NCBI GenBank assembly: GCA_000004985.1
Contig: GG738884.1
Length of the DNA stretch: 64,000 nucleotides
Origin: Naegleria gruberi
Lineage: Eukaryota
Strand: one strand, 5' to 3'
The notes beneath the pieces are model-generated. The model was given only the letters and a program-made list of their open reading frames with translations. It searched no databases and was not told the origin of the DNA. This document shows positions 1-10,461 of the stretch, piece by piece; positions within the stretch are counted from its first letter, which is position 1, and each line of letters starts with the position of its first letter. Both the position numbers and the translations under genes were made by a program.

Positions 1-1508
1 GTCCATTCAAGTTTAAATTCTGAAATGACAAGAGCTGTATGGAACATGCCAAATGCAGGAAGAATTTTAACTGGTGACAAGAGTGGGCTCACTATTTGAC
101 GAATAGTTTGTTTCGTCTTGTTATGGTGATGCATATCTGTCACAATCAACTTGATTTTGATGGATTTTTCAAGAGTTGGATTCGAACGCCACCAATCTTT
201 CAAATTATCTTCTGACAAATTTTCAGTAAATGATCCCTGAGTATTATTACTTGTTCCAGCAAATGATTCTGAAAGTCCAGCACTTGTCATGGAAGCTCCA
301 ATATTTGCAGAATTGCTCTCAATTCCATGATGACTCAATGTCAAATCTCTTGGAATATCAGCTGCTGCACTACTTCTTGTTAAATTACTTCCTGGAGTTG
401 ATTGTTGAATGTTTGAAGGAGTATTTGATGAATTATTGATGAATTGAGGTGGTGTCATTAATACCTGATCCATTACAATACTAGTGGTGAGAGCTGTAAT
501 TGGAGTATGATTAGAATGTAAGTTTGGAGTATTAGAAACTGAATTACTTGTTGGTTTCTTGATTGGAGTGTTATTGTTACTATTGGCGAGGTCTAGAATT
601 TCATCTGACCACTTGACTTCCTTCTTATTAGTTTGATTTGAGGAATCGTCTACTGTTTCACTTTGTGAAGTAATATTATTCGAAAGACCTTCAAATACTT
701 TGGCTACATTTTCTTGAATCATATTCGAAGAACTATTCTCAAAATCCATCTGAGAAAGTCCAACATCAAACGAAAGTATTTCATCAAGTTCTTTCTTTTC
801 ACTTTCCAATAAATTTTCTTCATTTCCTGAGTCACTTTCGTTCAATGTTTTTTCTGTTGTAGCTTTAGCACTTGCAATAATTTCATAGAATTGTGGAGAG
901 AATAGATGCATATTCTTTGCATTCTTCTTTTTGACCGTATGATTTAAAGTAGCATTCAAGGAAGAAGAATTATTCGAAAGTGTATTTTCAGAAGAAGAAA
1001 CATTTTCAGTTTTTTCTTCATTTTCATGAATATGTTCATCTTCACCTGCACTGCTCATCATTTCACTTTCTAACATTCTCACCTTCTCATCCCATTGTTT
1101 CGTAATTGTATTATCCAAGTTTAGGTAAGTTTCCAACATACTCTTCGGATCAGACAAACACATTGAATAACGTTCCATAATATACTCATCATTATGAATA
1201 TCTTCAAAAAGCACACAATTCTTAATTTTCGAATAAGTTACCCTTTGCGGAGGTAAAAGATGTGCCGGAGCATTTAAATTAGCATGATTAATTAATTGTT
1301 GATACATTTCTTCATCGATAATGATGGAATTTGTTGTGGTTGTGGTTTGTATTGATGAATTGTGAGTGGAAGTTGATGTAGAGTTGTGAGTTTCAGAATT
1401 TGTCTGATTGAAAGAGTCAGTTGATTGGTCATGTTGATGGGTGGCAGGTGGCAGGGAGTTGTTGTTGTTGGGGTTATCACCAGCTAGACGGCTAGTTTTG
1501 GAACCCAT
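1..1508 (-). CDS. Partial CDS whose 3' end runs off the window start. It encodes an N-myristoylation-type N-terminus (MGSKTSR), a long Ser/Thr/Asn-rich low-complexity middle and a C-terminal PPPDE/DeSI-like putative peptidase domain that is cut off at position 1.
   Basis: ATG at 1508..1506. I translated the minus strand by hand and the frame stays open to position 1. It is absent from the ORF track because no stop lies in the window. The last residues, ...IKLIVTDMHHH...PAFGMFHTALVISEFKLEW, resemble the PPPDE motifs V-x-L-x-V-Y-D-L and G-x-W-H-T-S-I-V. Both the domain call and the exact frame over about 1.5 kb come from memory and hand translation. Confidence 0.5.
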   Translation of the reverse strand, partial: MGSKTSRLAGDNPNNNNSLPPATHQHDQSTDSFNQTNSETHNSTSTSTHNSSIQTTTTTNSIIIDEEMYQQLINHANLNAPAHLLPPQRVTYSKIKNCVLFEDIHNDEYIMERYSMCLSDPKSMLETYLNLDNTITKQWDEKVRMLESEMMSSAGEDEHIHENEEKTENVSSSENTLSNNSSSLNATLNHTVKKKNAKNMHLFSPQFYEIIASAKATTEKTLNESDSGNEENLLESEKKELDEILSFDVGLSQMDFENSSSNMIQENVAKVFEGLSNNITSQSETVDDSSNQTNKKEVKWSDEILDLANSNNNTPIKKPTSNSVSNTPNLHSNHTPITALTTSIVMDQVLMTPPQFINNSSNTPSNIQQSTPGSNLTRSSAAADIPRDLTLSHHGIESNSANIGASMTSAGLSESFAGTSNNTQGSFTENLSEDNLKDWWRSNPTLEKSIKIKLIVTDMHHHNKTKQTIRQIVSPLLSPVKILPAFGMFHTALVISEFKLEW

Positions 1509-2008
1509 TTAAATGTTGTTGTTTGATAGTATGTTGTGTGTTATGAATTTTGATTTTTTTTTAAATTGTTTTTTGGCGGGCAATGATTGGTGACATTTTT
1601 ACATGAGCATGTTCATTCTACCACAATCTTATTTAAGGTTGTGGTGATTTCATTGAAATTGGATTCAAAGTTTTTTAAAGGTTAGTTTTTGATCAAACTC
1701 TTCACATTGTGGAGTTGGAACTATTCGAAAGTTGTAGCAAAACCTGGCTAAAGATCTCATAGACTGTTTCACAAATTGAAACCCAAGATTGATAAGAATG
1801 AAAAAGAGAGAATGTTGGTGATTGGAATTATTGATGAGTTGAATTTATTAATAATTAAGAAATTAAGCAAATCAGTTGCACATATATATTATCATTATTA
1901 TATGTAAAAATGGTGATTGGAGCGAGAGTGGACATCATCTCCCTTATTAGAGTTATTAGTTTATTGAATCACACACAATATTTATCTTCTTCATCAGGAG
2001 ATTTAGAA

Positions 2009-3109
2009 TCAGAATTGAAATTTTCCAAAACCATCCTCATTACCTCCATGTAATTCATTCCGTGTTGATGATCTAAATCCAAGAAATGTTAAACTGGGCA
2101 TTGATTTCACAAGTAAAAACCCCTCTTGTGTGATGGGATTTCTTCCAATTTGCAACTCTTTCAAATGTCGCATTTCACTTATTGAGCTGGCTCCTTGGAA
2201 TCCAATTTGATTTTCTCTCAAATCGAGAATTTCCAAAAACGAAAGTTTTGAAAGGCACTTGGCACCATCGTTTCCAATACGATTGTACGTGATGGATAAT
2301 TGTTTCAATAATTCTAGTTGACCAATTTGTTTGGCTCCTTCATCACCCAAATTATTGTAATTAGCATCCAAATATGTTAATTTCTTCAATTTACTTAAAT
2401 ATTTTCCTGATTCACTTGATAAAACATTTCCAGAAATATTTAAATGTGTTAAATTGCATAATTCACTCAAATATTGAGCTCCTTTATCTCCTAAATAATT
2501 TGAATCCACACTTAGTAATGTCAAGTTGGTCAATTTGGTCAAATATTGAACTCCTTCACCAATTGAATTATTAAAAAGATTCAATTTGGTCAATTGGGAC
2601 ATTTCACTAATTATTTCAACACCAATCGCTCCAATACTATTACCTCCCATATTAAGAGATTTTAAATTAGTCAACCTCTTCTTCATTAAAACAATACACG
2701 ATTTTGTTACCTTATTAAATGAAACATCAAGTTCCTCTAAATTTTTCAATTTGCAAAAATGTTTAAAACCCTCCTTTGAAATTTCATTACATGTTAAATT
2801 TAAATATTTCAAATTTATCAAATGGTGAATTTCTGAAATATTCTCATCTTTAAAACAGTATGCTTTGGCTTCGTATCTTTGAATATTATTGACTAATTGA
2901 CTGTTTTTAACAATTTCCAAATTTACAATAGAAGGAGTGATGGAAATTGGTATGTTGCGTTCGATAATTATTCGAAACCATTGTTTGGAAAGTAGAAAAC
3001 AACAAAGAATACTTTTAGAATCTAAAAATGTTAAAATTTCATAACAAATATCATCGGGAAAGGTTGAATGTGGAGGTGATGAATTGATCAGCGAATCATC
3101 TTGTTGCAT
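2009..3109 (-). CDS. F-box-like N-terminus followed by RNI-type leucine-rich repeats.
   Basis: The 374-aa ORF begins at a TTG; the first real ATG is at 3109. The N-terminus FPDDICYEILTFLDSKSILCCFLLSKQWF is F-box-like. It is followed by about 10 LRRs of the LxxLxLxxNxIgxxG type, for example LNLSGNSIGAIGVEIISEMSQLTKLNLFNNSIGEGVQYL. Confidence 0.6.
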   Translation of the reverse strand: MQQDDSLINSSPPHSTFPDDICYEILTFLDSKSILCCFLLSKQWFRIIIERNIPISITPSIVNLEIVKNSQLVNNIQRYEAKAYCFKDENISEIHHLINLKYLNLTCNEISKEGFKHFCKLKNLEELDVSFNKVTKSCIVLMKKRLTNLKSLNMGGNSIGAIGVEIISEMSQLTKLNLFNNSIGEGVQYLTKLTNLTLLSVDSNYLGDKGAQYLSELCNLTHLNISGNVLSSESGKYLSKLKKLTYLDANYNNLGDEGAKQIGQLELLKQLSITYNRIGNDGAKCLSKLSFLEILDLRENQIGFQGASSISEMRHLKELQIGRNPITQEGFLLVKSMPSLTFLGFRSSTRNELHGGNEDGFGKFQF

Positions 3110-3259
3110 TTTTTTAAAATGTTTATTTTGCAATTATACTAATATTAACTTTCAATTGTGATATTTACAATGAGAATTGTAATGAAAGCCCAAGAAAGTA
3201 TTCTGGAAAGTGAAGATTTATTTGTGCCTACCAAAATCATACACTATTCTTCATATAAC

Positions 3260-5299
3260 TTAGATAAATCTACTCTCCACAAGTTTGGAAACTTTGTTGT
3301 AAACTCGCTCAATATCAATCTCAACTTGACCCAATGAATCTGACTCTGTAAAATGGCTTGCCTTTACATCTTCTTGTGTCAAACTTAAAACTTGCATGTG
3401 AGATAGTGAATGATGGAAGGCAAGAGAGCTACTTGAAGGTTCGTGGCATGATTGTTTGTTTTCGCTTGGTTGTTTGGATGCACCTACCTTATTGACACCA
3501 TCTGCAGCTGCTTGCTTTTGACGAGGACAAAAAGGAGTAATGATGAGATGAGAATTTTCTGGCATAAACAAAGACCAATAGGATGCACTTCCAGAATTTG
3601 TAATAAAAACATCAACCGATGAGAAGAATCTCACCATTTGAATTAATGAATTTTCCTCATTCTTTCCATAGAGTCCTGATGAAGTTGCTGATGAAACATC
3701 GAGTGGAATTATTTGAACAGAATAACCCAAGTCAATCATGAATTTTTCCTGTGCAAGATTTTCCAATTTCTTTTCCAATTCTTTAGAGTTGAAAATATTG
3801 TTGCTTTCGTGTGTTGTTAATTTTCCTAAAACTACAATCTTGATAGTCTTTTTAGGTTTTCCTCCTCCAAGTAAACCCAAATTTGAAATAATTCTCTTTC
3901 TCAAAAGTTGAATGGAAATATCTCTATATTTTCCATAATTTTTACCAAATGAAATAGATCGTTCTCCAACTCCAAATACGAGCTTTTTGAAACATATATC
4001 AACTTGATTTCTATCGAGAATGGCTTTTTCCTCAGAAAATATCATTGAAGTTGGTCTCTTGGATTCTGGATCATCCATTGGACAAGGTGCTTTTTCAATT
4101 CTATAAATGAGTTGACTGGAAGGTTGTTCAGAGATTTTCATTTCTCTCTTTTCAATCTTGTACGAGCATTTCTGTAAAATAGGTTGTGTAGAGAATATCT
4201 GAGTCCACTGCAAAGATTGTTGAATGGCTTCCTTCTTTTTTCCGTGATAGGTAGACATTTCCTCCGCACAGAATAAATGTTTTCCAGTTTTGACATTCAC
4301 TTGATGTTGTAAATGGACTTGTCTCGAAGGACTAGTTTCACACGAACTATCCTCTTTAACTCCTCTCTCATAAATTATTTCATCCATGAATAAAATAGCA
4401 AGATCCTTAACATCCAAATCAAATTTGTAAATAAGCTCATTGAGTGCAATCAAATTATCATTGAAAAAGTGAGCTAAACTTCCTGCTGCATATCTATTCA
4501 TGGCAATTGTTGGATTTTGAATGAAATTAAAGTCCTTATTAGTCTTTTTGAACATGAAATTCAAACTGACTGATCCTCTCTTTCCACTTCTCCATGTTTG
4601 CAAGAAGGAAATTACCTTTTCATTATGTGTAATTCCAAATAATTGTTTGTAAACCGAATCATATAATTCCTGAGTTGTGTAAAAGATCAAATCTCCCTTC
4701 TTATTCATGCAAACATTTTCCATTACAAATGATGCTTGTGAAAAATCAATCGATTGTCCATTGCCATGATGCGCCGAATTGTGAAATCTCAATTTACTAT
4801 ACAATTCCTCATTCTGTTGTTTGTGTGAAATCTTATCATTCATAGGATCAATAAGTCCACCCACTCCCGATGTGGATGCATACTGATTCACCACTAAATG
4901 TCTAATCCTATTCGTTATTTGTGTATAGTCTGCTCTTTCAAAATTATTTAATGCTGATGAGGGTCCATCTGGCACTACAAGTATATTTTCCTTTCCGACA
5001 ATTTCACTCTTCGACTTGTTCATCCGAATGGAAACATATCCACAACCCATTAACACTACAAGTACTAGAAAGACAAATAGTAATCGTGCCTTGAGTGAAA
5101 ACTTTCCAAAGCCAGAATCAATCTTGTATGGGTCCTTCCTCCGAGTATTATTTAAATTATTGTAATTTATTGCATTGTGATGATGATGCTCTGATGTCTC
5201 GTCATCCGAAGGTGAACCAAATATTTCATCCAAGTCATCAAGTACTCGTTCTCTTTCTTCGTTAATTTTCACATCAACTGTTGTTGTTCGTTTAGACAT
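3260..5299 (-). CDS. Putative type II membrane glycosyltransferase resembling GT61/DUF563.
   Basis: The ORF 3260..5443 starts at a TTG; the first ATG is at 5299 (MSKRTTTV). A single TM helix, LLFVFLVLVVLMGCGYV, sits near the N-terminus. The C-terminal stretch ...DVFITNSGSASYWSLFMPENSHLIITPF resembles the GT61/DUF563 signature (hGAGLTNxxFmxxgsxvIEi). The family call is from memory. Confidence 0.4.
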   Translation of the reverse strand: MSKRTTTVDVKINEERERVLDDLDEIFGSPSDDETSEHHHHNAINYNNLNNTRRKDPYKIDSGFGKFSLKARLLFVFLVLVVLMGCGYVSIRMNKSKSEIVGKENILVVPDGPSSALNNFERADYTQITNRIRHLVVNQYASTSGVGGLIDPMNDKISHKQQNEELYSKLRFHNSAHHGNGQSIDFSQASFVMENVCMNKKGDLIFYTTQELYDSVYKQLFGITHNEKVISFLQTWRSGKRGSVSLNFMFKKTNKDFNFIQNPTIAMNRYAAGSLAHFFNDNLIALNELIYKFDLDVKDLAILFMDEIIYERGVKEDSSCETSPSRQVHLQHQVNVKTGKHLFCAEEMSTYHGKKKEAIQQSLQWTQIFSTQPILQKCSYKIEKREMKISEQPSSQLIYRIEKAPCPMDDPESKRPTSMIFSEEKAILDRNQVDICFKKLVFGVGERSISFGKNYGKYRDISIQLLRKRIISNLGLLGGGKPKKTIKIVVLGKLTTHESNNIFNSKELEKKLENLAQEKFMIDLGYSVQIIPLDVSSATSSGLYGKNEENSLIQMVRFFSSVDVFITNSGSASYWSLFMPENSHLIITPFCPRQKQAAADGVNKVGASKQPSENKQSCHEPSSSSLAFHHSLSHMQVLSLTQEDVKASHFTESDSLGQVEIDIERVYNKVSKLVESRFI

Positions 5300-5399
5300 T
5301 TTTTTGATGATTGATTTGTGAAAATTGATGGAGTTGTTCAACTCTTCTAGATTGTGATAATCAGGTTGAGTGTATTGTGATAATTGAATAATGGATGAC

Positions 5400-6932
5400 T
5401 TATTCAATGCTGAAATTAGAACTGTTACCCTGTCTGTGTTCAATCAAATCAATTGAAGAACGAACATCTGTACAATATTCGAAAAGAACACCAACCAGAG
5501 CTTCATCCTTGTTGGTTTTGATTTCAGCCAAAAGTTGACCTTCTTTTCTGTCTTCAAGAGTGACATGAGTAGTTGGGTGATTCTCATTCAAAGATCCATG
5601 CCACACTTGTCCAATCTTATCGTGTGTAATACAGTGGAGTGTATATCCAAGTTTGAGAGGCAATGTCTCAACAATAACAACCCTACTCGAGGTAATCATG
5701 TAGTGAATGCCCTGATAGACTGGAATGAGTTTAACCAAACTGGTGTGAGTAAGGAAAAAGACAATAATGATAGAAATTTCCCACAAGAATAATGAAATAA
5801 TAATACTCTCCAACAAGACAAGTGAAAGAATGGCCATAATGAACATGATGAAGAATGTTGGAATGACCAAAATCCAAAATATCATCAACATTCTCAATGT
5901 ACTCTTTCTAGAACGTTTCATATTGTCTGTTGAAGGTCTTTCATAGTAGAGGAGTGTTTCATGTTCTTCAGTGGCAGTACTTCTCATGAGTAAATAAACT
6001 GGATGTACCTTATTACCATCATCATTGGTATCGAGTGAGGCAAGAGCAATTTCTTGAAGTTGTGAAGTTGGCTCCTCATCTTGTTGATTGTTTTCCGATA
6101 ATAACAATGCTCTCTTATCAAGTCTTAAAAGAACTTCCTTGTGTCTTTCTGTTGGATCTTGCAAAATAACATTCATTGAAGAGCTCTCCTCCAATCTGTA
6201 TGTTGTTGAATCTCCGCTCAACACGAACGGATCCTTAATAACTTGTCTAACAAATCTATCAAGTGAAAACTTGCTTCTTCCCTCAAAGTAGAAAAATCCA
6301 AACAGAATATAACCAACAATAATAATTAGAACAATAATTAATGCAAGTGGAATGGCCCAATACAACTCTGCAATGTACTGTCTGGTCATATCCATTCGGA
6401 GAGAAATATTAATACTATTTCCTCCAATATTATTAATCTTTTTAGTGGCAAATCTCTCAACATTTGCTTGAATAGCATAGCAAGTGAATGAATCGTCATG
6501 ATCACTTCCAATATATTCCTCCAGACACTTCTTACTCTCTGCAGATGAAGAAGTCTTACAAAAATCATCCCATAGCACTGATGATAAAACAACCAAGTCT
6601 TGTCCATTAGTACTAGCATCATCATGATACAGGGTAACATTGAGAATATAATAATAATAGGTAGAAGAGGAATCAGCACCCTTGTATTCAATCAATGATG
6701 GAGCACTCTCATCAATATATTTACAATCATATGATTTGTAGTGTAGTATCGAAGAGGTATCAACAGATAAACACATGGCAATAAATAACGCATTCACAGT
6801 TATCAAACATAACAGTAATAAACTCCATAGCCATCGTGGTACTTTAAGAAAAGTCTTTGAAGTCATGTTCCCATAGAGGAGGGAATTATCGGATGATCCC
6901 GAACATTTCAATAGGTTCATAACTTTATCCAT
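5400..6932 (-). CDS. Hypothetical multi-pass membrane protein.
   Basis: A 510-aa ORF with an ATG at 6932. There are several hydrophobic helices: one near the N-terminus, one mid-protein (AIPLALIIVLIIIVGYILFGFFYF) and a C-terminal cluster. I recognise no family. Its 3' end overlaps the alt-start extension of the downstream ORF by 44 nt. Confidence 0.35.
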   Translation of the reverse strand: MDKVMNLLKCSGSSDNSLLYGNMTSKTFLKVPRWLWSLLLLCLITVNALFIAMCLSVDTSSILHYKSYDCKYIDESAPSLIEYKGADSSSTYYYYILNVTLYHDDASTNGQDLVVLSSVLWDDFCKTSSSAESKKCLEEYIGSDHDDSFTCYAIQANVERFATKKINNIGGNSINISLRMDMTRQYIAELYWAIPLALIIVLIIIVGYILFGFFYFEGRSKFSLDRFVRQVIKDPFVLSGDSTTYRLEESSSMNVILQDPTERHKEVLLRLDKRALLLSENNQQDEEPTSQLQEIALASLDTNDDGNKVHPVYLLMRSTATEEHETLLYYERPSTDNMKRSRKSTLRMLMIFWILVIPTFFIMFIMAILSLVLLESIIISLFLWEISIIIVFFLTHTSLVKLIPVYQGIHYMITSSRVVIVETLPLKLGYTLHCITHDKIGQVWHGSLNENHPTTHVTLEDRKEGQLLAEIKTNKDEALVGVLFEYCTDVRSSIDLIEHRQGNSSNFSIE

Positions 6933-7314
6933 CTTGTTAATCCGATAGAGTTTGATAATATTAAAAACTTGATGATGATAACAAAAATTTTAGGGTTTGA
7001 TGTTGCGAAGATTTTTTTGTATTTATTTTTTCGTTTTTTCTTCCAATTCTTTTCTATTTTATTTCTTTCGGCCTTAAAATAGATTCGAATTAAGGAATGA
7101 ATAGAAAATTGACTTTTTAATTGGTTTTGATGACGAATAATCTCTGCTTATTGGCGCTGTTTTAAAGGGCTGATTTTTGAATTAGAAATGATTTTATTGT
7201 TCATACAATTAGTTCAATTAGAATATACAGTTTGTTGTTTCCTCGTTTCGTGGTGTCAAAAATTAAAGAGTTTAAATAATCAAAATATCGAATAATTATT
7301 CTATATAATACTCA

Positions 7315-8571
7315 TTATACATTCAATGATGTATTATTGAGTGGATTAACTGTTTCAGTATTTTCCTTACTCTTCTTTTCTCTCTTTCTTTGTTTGGCAA
7401 AGAGACAAGTTGAGGCACAGCAGAACCAGCAACAACAGACAAAGGCCATGAAACCACAAACCAGAATTGTCAATACACACAGGCCAAACATTGCCAAAGC
7501 AACCATGAGAGGAGCGGCAGCAATATTGTCTTTAAGGGTTGAAAAATCTTGGAAAACTGGCATAATCTTGTCAACTATGAGTTTTGTCGAGTAACCTTCC
7601 ACTCCTCCTCTAACAGCCAATAATAGGAGAAAAACTGCAGTAAAACCAATGACAATCATTGAAACAACAAATCTATTTTTGGTATCAATCTTACTTTGGG
7701 AATTATCACACATTGAGGAAACTGCCAATAAGGTTGCACCTGCACAACATAGCATGACAGCAAGGAAAGTCACTGCTTGTCCAACAATGACCATAATAAA
7801 GATTGTCTTATTATTGGCATGGTCAGTTGGATCGTATCCAATGGTTTGCAATGAGTTGAACAAGACAATGGCAGCCACTTCAACAATTGAGAATAAACAA
7901 ACAAGTGTAAGCATTGGACATGCACAGACGAAACTGAAACATCCACAAATAGTCTTGGAGAGGGATGATTTGTCCTGAATACTTCTTGGACTAGCAATCT
8001 TTTCTTGTGGCATTTCTTCATTATTCAATGCAGCAACAGTTCCAGTTCCTTTCAAGGAAATTCCTCCAACCTGTTGTTGAGGAGATATCTCAGTACTTGT
8101 ATTCATCACTGTCGAATAAATATTATTATTCCTATTGGCATTTGGATCAAATTTCGATTGTGAATAGGAGGGTGGCTTTTCTGCCTTTTCCTGTTGTTGT
8201 AGAGCTTGAGCTGCAGCAGAATCCCTCGAAGGTGAAACACTCACTGCATTATATTGTCCAGAATTTCTATTATTCAAATGACTTCTTATTGAATCAGTTG
8301 GTGAATGGGCTGCACTAAATCTCCTCAGTGGATCCAAAGCATCACCTCTAATAGCTCCAATAGGTTGTTGTTGAAGGGAGAATCGATTGTGTGCTGCTGG
8401 GTTGTTGTTGATTCCTACTGGTGATGGAGTGGATGGAGTATGATGATTCGGTGATGGATAAACATTTGTATTGACAGCATTTGGTAATGTGGAGGCGTAG
8501 AATGGAGATTGGTCCATTGCTATGGAAGCTCGGAATGAAGGAGGTGGACCAGTTGGAGGTGATGATGACAT
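7315..8571 (-). CDS. Hypothetical membrane protein with a Pro/Ser-rich N-terminal half and a Cys-rich four-helix transmembrane C-terminal half.
   Basis: A 418-aa ORF with an ATG at 8571. The N-terminus is MSSSPPTGPPPSF... with a low-complexity disordered region. The C-terminus has four hydrophobic segments and a CCCWFCCASTC cluster; the topology is MARVEL-like or tetraspan-like. No family assigned. Confidence 0.35.
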   Translation of the reverse strand: MSSSPPTGPPPSFRASIAMDQSPFYASTLPNAVNTNVYPSPNHHTPSTPSPVGINNNPAAHNRFSLQQQPIGAIRGDALDPLRRFSAAHSPTDSIRSHLNNRNSGQYNAVSVSPSRDSAAAQALQQQEKAEKPPSYSQSKFDPNANRNNNIYSTVMNTSTEISPQQQVGGISLKGTGTVAALNNEEMPQEKIASPRSIQDKSSLSKTICGCFSFVCACPMLTLVCLFSIVEVAAIVLFNSLQTIGYDPTDHANNKTIFIMVIVGQAVTFLAVMLCCAGATLLAVSSMCDNSQSKIDTKNRFVVSMIVIGFTAVFLLLLAVRGGVEGYSTKLIVDKIMPVFQDFSTLKDNIAAAPLMVALAMFGLCVLTILVCGFMAFVCCCWFCCASTCLFAKQRKREKKSKENTETVNPLNNTSLNV

Positions 8572-9075
8572 TTTGATGGAATATTTTGTTTGGAATTAAA
8601 TTGTTATATGTATTTGCTATTTTTCAATATTCGAATAGTTTAGAATAAATTCTATGGGAAAGTTTGGATGAAGGCTTGGTTTTAGCCTAATGTTTTATCT
8701 TTGAAAGCTTAGGAAGAATTGGGAATTGACAATTTTTTCTTGTATTAAAAATTACGATTTTTGTTTTTGGTGGCATTTCAAGGCATGTCATATGGAGATA
8801 CAAGTTTACTGCACTTTCGAATAATATGTAAAACAATTGTAGGATTTGAAGGAGGGTGACAAGGAGAAGACTTTGGTTGATTGAATTCGATATTGAAAAA
8901 TAGGAGTGTTTAATGTCATAATAGTTAAATGGTGTTGACATGTTCTAATTTGGGAACTTTAAAAAAGGAACAAATTCAATTTCATATTTACAAAGTTTTA
9001 ATAGGAAATCAAACTGATCAATAATTTTGAAGGTGGAATGAGAAGGTGAATGAATTATAGAAAATTCACACAATA

Positions 9076-10146
9076 TTATTGGAAAGATATGGAAATATCT
9101 GAAACTTTACAACCAGTGTAACAATCATAGAGTCTATTTCTGAAACGAGAGGGTTTTTCTGAATGTCTATGATCGAAAGCAACACAGCAATGCCAACCTG
9201 CATTCACAACAGAATTGTAAGCTGCTCCATTTCTTAATTCTCTTGTTCGAACAGCAATTTCGTCCAAATTCATCACCTGGACGAAACTATACTTTTTGTG
9301 AGTGAATGCAGTTTTAAAGTCGCCAAACATTTCAGCCACAAAAAATACATCATTCTTTGCATTGATGAGATAGTGACCTCGAGAAAAACATCCAATTCGA
9401 ATACAAGAATCCAAGTTCAAAAGGTTTGATTGTTCCATAAAATTGGGTTGACCATCCATGTTAATACCAAAAGTAATTTGATTTAAATTGTCAAAACCTG
9501 CAGCAAATACTCGTCCATCCCATGTTCTGAAAACACAATGGAAAAAACCACATTGTACATCAGCAATAGGTCCCATCACTGATTTGGTTACTGATTCAAA
9601 TTTAGGACCTAAAATGTGATCATTTTCCAGTGTTGAATTTATACCCAGCTCTCGCTTAATATACTCTGAAGATTCATAAACATGAATATTATCAAACTTA
9701 TCCACTAGCACAATACCTGTGTTTGTAGCACTTCCACACTTGATTTCAACCTGTGGATAATTTAATGTGGTTTGTAATTTCCCACTCAGATCCACAATTT
9801 TCCAATCTTTGAATTGAACCAAAAAATAGGGAGAAACAGGTCCTGTAATAATCTTGATCGCCTCCTGTTCCAATGTCAAGAAATTCACAAATTCCAATGT
9901 TGATCCCAATTTCAACACATGTCTATTCCACCGATCCACAATATAAAAGTCCGAATAATTTCTAAAATATTGACCAGGAATAAATTGAACCTTCTCAGGA
10001 ATGTACTTTTCAATATCGACAATCATTCCCTTGCATTCCACCTTCTTAAGGAATGTCATTTCGGGATAATTATACACCTCAAGAGTGTGATTTTCAGTGG
10101 TTGCATGTTCGGTTTTATATGTATCGTGAATGGGTCTCAACATCAT
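9076..10146 (-). CDS. Hypothetical protein, possibly a beta-propeller repeat protein.
   Basis: The ORF 9076..10167 starts at a GTG; the first ATG (MMLRPIHD) is at 10146. There are weak repeats of the type G..F.AG and W.CC.AFDH. No confident family. Confidence 0.3.
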   Translation of the reverse strand: MMLRPIHDTYKTEHATTENHTLEVYNYPEMTFLKKVECKGMIVDIEKYIPEKVQFIPGQYFRNYSDFYIVDRWNRHVLKLGSTLEFVNFLTLEQEAIKIITGPVSPYFLVQFKDWKIVDLSGKLQTTLNYPQVEIKCGSATNTGIVLVDKFDNIHVYESSEYIKRELGINSTLENDHILGPKFESVTKSVMGPIADVQCGFFHCVFRTWDGRVFAAGFDNLNQITFGINMDGQPNFMEQSNLLNLDSCIRIGCFSRGHYLINAKNDVFFVAEMFGDFKTAFTHKKYSFVQVMNLDEIAVRTRELRNGAAYNSVVNAGWHCCVAFDHRHSEKPSRFRNRLYDCYTGCKVSDISISFQ

Positions 10147-10461
10147 CAACCGATCATCGGGCAACACGAAACAAAATTTCCGATCACCAGCAAATATTAA
10201 TTTGTATGAAAAATCGAGTTGAACAAAAACAAAACTCTTTGATACTTGTTCAATTGGAATATCTAAATTGAAATGAATTAATTATTAATTAATAGAGGAA
10301 TTTAATAAGGCTAAATACTAACCATGTGATTCAAATCCGCAACAGTAAAGGAACGAGCTGCATGATGACATTTTTTTTTTAAATTTAGAAAATTATTCGA
10401 ATCAAATTCTGATACAATTACAATGAATTGTTTATTGATTGATTTTTTCATATTTCTTGAA

